Assembly: GCA_036960375.1 (NCBI GenBank)
Contig: JBALVY010000001.1
Location: 384,563 to 448,562 of the forward strand
Source: Pseudomonadales bacterium
Lineage (GTDB): Bacteria > Pseudomonadota > Gammaproteobacteria > Pseudomonadales > CAWVSB01
Direction: 5' to 3'
Length of the DNA stretch: 64,000 nt
Within the stretch, counting starts at the first letter, position 1; each line of letters opens with the position of its first letter. Below, in pieces: positions 57,904 through 64,000 of this stretch. Below the pieces are notes generated by a model. That model saw nothing but the letters and a program-made list of their open reading frames with translations, ran no database searches and was not told where the DNA came from. The translations under genes and the position numbers were made by a program.

Positions 57904-60069
57904 TTAGTGCAAGCTAGACTCCGTCGATAGAGTTGGCTGCTGCTTGAACTGTTGGGCCACGATATCCAGCCGTGTGGCGCGGCCAAATAGGTAGCCCTGT
58001 ACCACATTGCAGCCCAGTGCGCGCAGATAACCCAGCTGGGTTTTATTTTCCACCCCCTCAGCCACAATAGACATTTTCAGACCCTGGGCCATGGCGACGA
58101 TGGCATTGACAATACAGGCGTCATCGGTGCGATTTCTGATGGTATTGATAAAGCTGCGATCAATCTTCAGCGTGCTAATGGGGAATTTCTGTAAATAACT
58201 CAATGATGAATAGCCGGTGCCAAAATCGTCTATGGCAAATTTGACGCCCGCACCGGCGAGCCTGACCAGTTTCTCGACCATATCATCGTGGTCGCTCATT
58301 AAGACGTTTTCGGTTATTTCTATTTCCAGTAAATCAGCGGGGAAATCCTCCTCTTCCAGTGTTGTGAGGATATTTTCCACGAAATCTTCTCTTTCCAATA
58401 CCAGCGGCGATAAATTGACCGCCAGCCGAAGCCCCGGTAATCCGTTGGTGTGAATGGCCTTAATTTCTCGGCAGGCTTTTCTCAAGGTGTGTTTGTCGAT
58501 TTCCACGATCAATCGACTATCTTCGGCGATACCAATGAAGTCGGCGGGGGCCAGTAAACCCAGGCTAGGGTGGTTCCAGCGAATGAGGGCCTCGACACCG
58601 CAAATAGAGGTTTTGTCAGTGTTTATCTGAGGTTGATAGCAAATTTCAAATTCACCATTCTCGATAGCATGGCGTAAATCCTGTTCCAACATCAGCCGCT
58701 CGGAGTTTGATGTGTCGATGGTATGGTCAAAGATATGGTAGCCATCCTTGCCGGTTTTCTTAATACGATACATCGCTATGTCGGCGTTTTTGATCAGCGT
58801 ATCCTGGCTGCTACCGGAATCAGGGTACAGCGCGATACCAATACTGGCACCCACATAGATTTCATGCCCTGAGAGTTTGAACGGCTCTTTTATTCGGCAA
58901 AGAATTTTCTCTACCACTTCAATAGCCGCCTCTTTGGAGTCGGCGTCGGGTATTAACAAAGTGAATTCATCGCCGCCGAAGCGTGACAGGGTATCGCCCT
59001 TTCGAATGCAGCGGCGCAAACGGGCACTGACCGCCTTCAGTAGCTGGTCTCCCATCGAGTGACCGAGTGAATCATTGATGACTTTAAATCGGTCCAGATC
59101 AATAAACATCACAGCCAGTTGCGTATTGGTGCGCTGGGCATGGGTGATGGCCATTTCAAGACGGTCCTTGAATAAGGCGCGGTTGGGCAACTGTGTCAGC
59201 AGATCGTGATAAGCCTGGAAGTTGATAAAAGCTTCCGCCTCAATCTTCTCGCTGATATCCCGGGCTGTGCCGTAGACCGTATAGCGTAAACCTGAACCCA
59301 GATCCTCTGATTCCTCGCCGTCATCTATGCCCCACAAGGATATCTTAAAATGGTTTTTCCCGTAGGTACTGTTATGGGTGCGGATGGGGACATCTATTGA
59401 ATAAGATTTTTTACCGCCCGTTAGGGCACGCTCAAATAAGTGCTCAACCTTCGATTTATCAGAGGTGTCTACCAGCGCTGACAAGGGGCGACCGACCAAT
59501 GCCCCTTTTGGGTATCCAAGCAGGCTTTCAGCTTTGGAGTTGAGAAAGCTGAAATGCCCCTTGTGATTGAGCATAAAAACGATGTCGGGTGAGTTATTGA
59601 CGACGAAGCGATGCAGTCTTTCTGATCGGTCGAGGCGTGCCTGCATCAGCTTGTTGGAATTTTCCAGTCGTTTTTTTCGTACGGCATTTTTTACCGTGGC
59701 CATTAGCTGTTCTGGCACATAGGGTTTCTGTAAATAATCATAGGCCCCCTGTCGCAGAGCCTGACCAATATCGTCCATTGAGGTTTCGCCGCTGACGACA
59801 ATAACCAGCGTATTGATATCATTACTCGTGATGTAACGCATGACATCGTGCCCGGTCACTTCGGGCATTTTCAGGTCGAGTAAAAGCACGTCATAGGCGG
59901 TGCTACTTACCATGGATATAGCGCTTTGACCGCCGCTGGCAGTGTCTACCTGATAGTCATACATTTCTAGCAAGGTTTTCAGACTTTGCAGCATGCGGGG
60001 GTCGTCATCAGTGATCAGAATTCGAGCGTGCTGATTCTCTGTTCCCGCTTTTTCAATGATCGCGTTCAT
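57904..60069 (-). CDS. Response regulator with PAS, GGDEF and EAL output domains
   Basis: 721 aa. REC: ILITDDD ... DVLLLDLKMP. GGDEF is intact (RFGGDEF) with an RxxD I-site (RKGD). The EAL motif is intact (VEALIRW). Confidence 0.85.
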   Translation of the reverse strand: MNAIIEKAGTENQHARILITDDDPRMLQSLKTLLEMYDYQVDTASGGQSAISMVSSTAYDVLLLDLKMPEVTGHDVMRYITSNDINTLVIVVSGETSMDDIGQALRQGAYDYLQKPYVPEQLMATVKNAVRKKRLENSNKLMQARLDRSERLHRFVVNNSPDIVFMLNHKGHFSFLNSKAESLLGYPKGALVGRPLSALVDTSDKSKVEHLFERALTGGKKSYSIDVPIRTHNSTYGKNHFKISLWGIDDGEESEDLGSGLRYTVYGTARDISEKIEAEAFINFQAYHDLLTQLPNRALFKDRLEMAITHAQRTNTQLAVMFIDLDRFKVINDSLGHSMGDQLLKAVSARLRRCIRKGDTLSRFGGDEFTLLIPDADSKEAAIEVVEKILCRIKEPFKLSGHEIYVGASIGIALYPDSGSSQDTLIKNADIAMYRIKKTGKDGYHIFDHTIDTSNSERLMLEQDLRHAIENGEFEICYQPQINTDKTSICGVEALIRWNHPSLGLLAPADFIGIAEDSRLIVEIDKHTLRKACREIKAIHTNGLPGLRLAVNLSPLVLEREDFVENILTTLEEEDFPADLLEIEITENVLMSDHDDMVEKLVRLAGAGVKFAIDDFGTGYSSLSYLQKFPISTLKIDRSFINTIRNRTDDACIVNAIVAMAQGLKMSIVAEGVENKTQLGYLRALGCNVVQGYLFGRATRLDIVAQQFKQQPTLSTESSLH

Positions 60070-60093
60070 AACATGCCATCCCTATCATTATTG

Positions 60094-62007
60094 TCATTCT
60101 CGAATCGTAATGGGTAGCAGTATTTCAAACTGTGTACCCATACCTTTGCTGGATCGACAGAGGATAGACCCATCCATCTTGTCGACGAGTTTTTTAACAA
60201 TGCTCAGGCCCAGGCCTGAGTGTGTTATGCCTTTACTGGATTTGCCGGGATAAAATAGCCCAGCCTTGATCTCATCATTAATGCCGGGGCCATCATCAGA
60301 AACGGCAATGGAAAAAAATCTTTTTCCGCCTATGCTGACAGAGGCATCGCTGGTGATAACAATCAGGCCGCCGTTGGCCAAGGCTTCGCCAGCATTTTTT
60401 AGTAGATTGGTTAAAATTTGTTTCAGGTGGTTAGCGTTGCCGGCAATCTCCATGTGCTGCTCGTCCAGTCTTAGGCGCAGTGATAGCTTATTTGTGTCTG
60501 CGATCGAGGATTGAAAGATCAATGCCGTGTCTTCGATTACCCGGTTAATATTAATGCTGTCTTTTTTGGGGACGGCCTGTGTTGGTTTGTCTCGCAGGTC
60601 AGATAGAATTAGGCTGACTCGGTCAATTTCCTCTTTGATTAATTTCAGGTTTTCTCCGGCATTGTGTTGCTCGCCGAGTTTGATTGTCAGCGTTTCAAGA
60701 TAGTTGCGGATAATGCTTAGAGGATTGCTAGCCTCATGTACGGCCTCTTTTATTTTGTGCTGGTAGTCTGCGGCGATATCGACATCGCCATCTATTTGCA
60801 AAGCAGCACTCTTGTCATTATCTAGTGCAGTGGATATTTGTTTGCGTAAGCTTGACCCTAGATTTTGTTGCGATAGCAGTTTGCTCAATTGTTCTTCGTT
60901 GATTCCGAATACCAGTACACCCAGTGGCCCGTTATCAGATTCAAGAGGCCAGCACATAATATGGTCGCTTTGACAGTGACGTATTAATTGACGGTCAACC
61001 ACAGACAGTTGATTTTGGTAGTCCCTACTGGAGATGCATCGGCCCTCAAGTATCGCATCACTGACAAGTGACCGATTTTTTTCCAGCGGAACGCATAATT
61101 CCGCATGATAGCCAGGACCGGAGCCGGTTTCTTTCAAGGCGAGAATATTTTGGCCGCTTTCGTATTCAAAAAGGCTGCAGTGTTGAATGCCGAAGCAGTC
61201 ATTTAGGGCATGGCGTATGACCGAGAGTAAAGCGCGTTGTCCACGGGCTTGCCACAAACGGGAGCTGATGGTGTTCAGTGAATTGAGCTCGGCCAGTCTT
61301 GAGCCCAGGTTTTTCCAGGCCTGTATATCGTCATCAAAACGATATGCATCAAGAAGTTGATTCACTTCCGTCTTGATACGTGAGTGAAACTGCGTAGTGG
61401 CCATCTCATCCAGTTGGAACAGTATTTTTGCAGTATCGATGGTCTCTGGAGTGAGTTCATCTTCGTTACTTAGCTGTGTCGCCAGGTGAAGTATTTTTAC
61501 CAGCGGATGGGCGTCCAGAACTTGCTGGGTATTTTCTTGATAATACCGAATGGCGTCGCCGGCGAAAGTTGAGCGTTGAGTCAGATCGAGCAGTTCGGCG
61601 GCTGATTCTCCCAATTCAATAAACAAACCGCATAAATAGGCTTGCTCGACGTTTGGGAAACTGGAAATAGTGGCCAGCTCGCGCGCGAAAATCGCGTTAG
61701 CAAGCGTGCGAGACCATTGTGTAGTGCTGCCGGCGGGGCGGGCGTCAGTAAAAAACTGGTGGCTGGCTGTTGCCACGACCAATTGCTTGATTTCTTCTAT
61801 ACCGAGCAGGCTGATAGCGTTTTCGAGACTGGTAGGGTCGGTCTTTTTGTTGCTCGGGGCAGAATGTGCAGCGGCTAAAAGTTTGGCCGTCATGACTGCG
61901 TCCTGACGGAGGGTGATTGTTATGCCATCAATATCATTGCTTTCGCCATACAAAACATTGATAAGGCGTAGCAACAATTGTGGCATACAGGGCAGGCTGT
62001 CAATCAT
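60094..62007 (-). CDS. Cytoplasmic sensor histidine kinase with N-terminal HDOD and central GAF-like domains
   Basis: 637 aa with no TM segment. The N-terminus is HDOD-like (LPCMPQLLLRLINVL...). H-box is HEASNPL. The ATPase N/G boxes are LLKNAGEAL, DDGPGI and GLGLSIV. Confidence 0.75.
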   Translation of the reverse strand: MIDSLPCMPQLLLRLINVLYGESNDIDGITITLRQDAVMTAKLLAAAHSAPSNKKTDPTSLENAISLLGIEEIKQLVVATASHQFFTDARPAGSTTQWSRTLANAIFARELATISSFPNVEQAYLCGLFIELGESAAELLDLTQRSTFAGDAIRYYQENTQQVLDAHPLVKILHLATQLSNEDELTPETIDTAKILFQLDEMATTQFHSRIKTEVNQLLDAYRFDDDIQAWKNLGSRLAELNSLNTISSRLWQARGQRALLSVIRHALNDCFGIQHCSLFEYESGQNILALKETGSGPGYHAELCVPLEKNRSLVSDAILEGRCISSRDYQNQLSVVDRQLIRHCQSDHIMCWPLESDNGPLGVLVFGINEEQLSKLLSQQNLGSSLRKQISTALDNDKSAALQIDGDVDIAADYQHKIKEAVHEASNPLSIIRNYLETLTIKLGEQHNAGENLKLIKEEIDRVSLILSDLRDKPTQAVPKKDSININRVIEDTALIFQSSIADTNKLSLRLRLDEQHMEIAGNANHLKQILTNLLKNAGEALANGGLIVITSDASVSIGGKRFFSIAVSDDGPGINDEIKAGLFYPGKSSKGITHSGLGLSIVKKLVDKMDGSILCRSSKGMGTQFEILLPITIRE

Positions 62008-62149
62008 TCCCGTTCATATACCCCACGATCCTGTGAAGAATGCCAAGCGGTGCTGTTTATACTATAGGAAGTATAGACAGAAGGCGTAGTAATGACCACG
62101 TTTTGTCTATTTTTTATACAATAGTTGATTTGAGCTACAAGGCTCTAGC

Positions 62150-62908
62150 TCAGGGAAAAAATAGCAGTTTAATTGCCATTGCCATACTGCCGACGATAAG
62201 CGCTGGACGTACGATGGCGGCACCATGACTTAATACCATATTGGAGCCCAGTCGAGCGCCAATAATTTGCGCCGCTGCCATGGCGATAGCCAGATCCCAG
62301 ATGACATCGCCTGTAATAATAAAAACCAGTGCAGCCGAACCGTTGGTAACCAATACCAGAGGTTTAGTATGGGCAGTCGCCTTGACGGCGTTATAGCCCA
62401 GCAGGCTGACATAGGCCAAGGCGTAAAATGTCGCCATGCCGGGCCCAAAAAAGCCCCCGTAAAAACCCATGCCACCGCCAACCACCACGTTGAAACGCTT
62501 ATGGGAGATACGTTGTTTGCTCTGCTGGTCACTGATTGTGGGAGAAACTAAAAAATACAGTGCGGCTAAGATAAGTAATACTGGCAAAAGAGAAACCAGG
62601 ACGTCATTTCCCAGTTGTCGCAATACCCAGACTCCTGTTAAAGACCCCAGTAACGCGAAACACATGCCATATTTCAGGTGGGTAAAGTCTAGCTGCTTCT
62701 TGCGAAAAAAATTCAGCGTGGAGGACATCGTGCCCATGGTCGATTGTACTTTATTGGTAGCGATAGCATTGATGGGTGGCAAGCCGGCCCAAAGCAACAG
62801 TGGCAGGGTGATCATGCCGCCAGCGCCGGCAATGGCAGAAAATAAGCCGGCGATAAAGGCCATGCCGACCAGCGTGGTGGATAACCAAAGCTCCATTTCG
62901 AATAGCAT
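62150..62908 (-). CDS. TauE/SafE family sulfite/anion exporter
   Basis: 252 aa with 7-8 TM helices and Gly-rich repeats (GAGGMITLPLL, GGFFGPG). Confidence 0.8.
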   Translation of the reverse strand: MLFEMELWLSTTLVGMAFIAGLFSAIAGAGGMITLPLLLWAGLPPINAIATNKVQSTMGTMSSTLNFFRKKQLDFTHLKYGMCFALLGSLTGVWVLRQLGNDVLVSLLPVLLILAALYFLVSPTISDQQSKQRISHKRFNVVVGGGMGFYGGFFGPGMATFYALAYVSLLGYNAVKATAHTKPLVLVTNGSAALVFIITGDVIWDLAIAMAAAQIIGARLGSNMVLSHGAAIVRPALIVGSMAMAIKLLFFP

Positions 62909-63993
62909 CAGCTCGCTTTGGACTCTTGCTGGTCAATTGCCCACTGAAAGTGTTCTGCCTCAAGTTCAGAGGCATCAGCGAGAGCGCTGGTTAGTGTTTT
63001 TATGATGGCGATGTCATAAGGGGCGTTGCCCAAACCTACGGCCAGATTGCGGCGCCAGCGCTGATGACCGATACGACGAATAGGAGAACCGGCAGTCCTC
63101 GACAGAAACTCTTCTTCTGTCCATTCAAATAAATCGACTAATTCGCGGTCGTCCAGATTGTGTCGTGGCTGGAAATCCTGCTCTTTGGTGTGACTGGCAA
63201 ATTTATTCCACGGGCAGATCAGCTGGCAATCATCACAGCCAAAAACCCGATTGCCCATCATTGGGCGTAAATGTTCCGGAATAGCACCCTTTAATTCGAT
63301 AGTGAGGTATGAAATACATTTGCGAGCATCCAGTTGCCATGGTCCGGTGAAGGCCTGGGTGGGGCATATGTCCAGACAGGCTCTGCAACTGCCGCAATGC
63401 TGGCCGTCTTCCGGAGGGTCTATCGGCAGGGCCAGCGTAGTATAGATTTCGCCTAGAAAAAACCATGAGCCTGCCCGACGGTTGATCAGCATGGTGTTTT
63501 TGCCGATCCAGCCCATGCCCGACTTTTCGGCGAAAGCTCGCTCTAGTACGGGAGCACTATCGACAAAAGCGCGATGGGTGCCACCTGCTTCCTGTTCTAT
63601 TTTTGTCGCCAATTTAGCCAGTCGACCGCGGATCAATTTATGGTAGTCGCGGCCCAGGGCATAGCGCGAGATATAAGCTCGATCTTTTTGCCGTAACAAA
63701 TGGCCAGGGGCGATGCCTTCTGGCAAATAGTCGAGCCGTACACAAATGGCCCGTATTGCGCCTGGTACCAATTCGTCTGGTTGCTGACGCAGATGCCGGT
63801 GGCGATCCATATAGTCCATTTCGCCGGCATGGCCTGCCCCCAGCCACTGGTTAAGCCACTCTTTGTGTGCGCCGACTTCACAGTCGGTGATGGCCAGCTG
63901 TTGAAAACCCATTTCCGCCCCCCAGATTTTTATCTGGGCAGCCAATTGCACCAAGTCGGGCGCAACTGAAATGAATGGAGACGGGGATTCCAT
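62908..63993 (-). CDS. queG: tRNA epoxyqueuosine(34) reductase
   Basis: 361 aa with two 4Fe-4S ferredoxin motifs (CGSCRACLDICP, CDDCQLICP) and HEAT-like C-terminal repeats. Confidence 0.9.
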   Translation of the reverse strand: MESPSPFISVAPDLVQLAAQIKIWGAEMGFQQLAITDCEVGAHKEWLNQWLGAGHAGEMDYMDRHRHLRQQPDELVPGAIRAICVRLDYLPEGIAPGHLLRQKDRAYISRYALGRDYHKLIRGRLAKLATKIEQEAGGTHRAFVDSAPVLERAFAEKSGMGWIGKNTMLINRRAGSWFFLGEIYTTLALPIDPPEDGQHCGSCRACLDICPTQAFTGPWQLDARKCISYLTIELKGAIPEHLRPMMGNRVFGCDDCQLICPWNKFASHTKEQDFQPRHNLDDRELVDLFEWTEEEFLSRTAGSPIRRIGHQRWRRNLAVGLGNAPYDIAIIKTLTSALADASELEAEHFQWAIDQQESKAS

Positions 63994-64000
63994 GGATCAA

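Noticed and set aside
1-64000. Search by eye for tRNA/rRNA/tmRNA signatures, CRISPR-like spaced repeats, IS or transposase, integrase, phage, toxin-antitoxin or known defence-system genes.
   Set aside because: None found. No GTTCGAATC-type T-loops and no regularly spaced repeats. No ORF has recombinase, reverse transcriptase, nuclease-NTPase or other defence-type motifs that I could recognise. Absence is by inspection only and should be confirmed with tRNAscan, Infernal and defence-system HMM scans.

Overview
This window looks like a mostly core chromosomal segment of a gammaproteobacterium. All calls rest on reading the supplied translations and the DNA by eye; I ran no BLAST, HMM or folding.

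I can support about 55 protein genes. I recognised no rRNA, tRNA, CRISPR array, transposase, integrase or phage gene.

**Housekeeping genes**
- hrpB, rluF, rhlE and tex
- hinT-cmoA-cmoB
- parC / ytjB-like / serB / fimX-like
- epmB-efp-epmA
- psd plus a sulfurtransferase
- rsgA / orn, and queG

From memory, the order parC..serB..fimX..psd..rsgA..orn resembles Pseudomonas.

**Accessory content**
- Two RND efflux pairs (adaptor plus pump), neither with an outer-membrane factor gene.
- A low-GC run of small genes between hrpB and a KstD-like flavoprotein.
- A TetR / PhaF-like phasin / WS-DGAT-like cluster.
- An NCS1 permease next to a luciferase-like oxidoreductase.
- Several c-di-GMP signalling proteins.

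**Novel systems**
I found no convincing defence island and no clear new multi-gene system. The items most worth a second look are:
1. A 1.78-kb low-GC insertion upstream of rhlE. It is bracketed by diverged direct repeats that are remnants of a YCII-like gene, and it carries an orphan adenylate-forming enzyme.
2. A WS/DGAT homologue whose HHxxxDG catalytic motif reads HQAAMGG. It also has a histone-like Lys/Ala tail and sits in a pha-like context.
3. A stem plus an 11-codon uORF immediately upstream of rluF.
4. An orphan plus-strand terminator and hairpin cluster in a gene-free gap, a candidate sRNA.
5. A 109-bp imperfect palindrome upstream of parC.
6. A 56-codon membrane ORF translationally coupled to the NCS1 permease.
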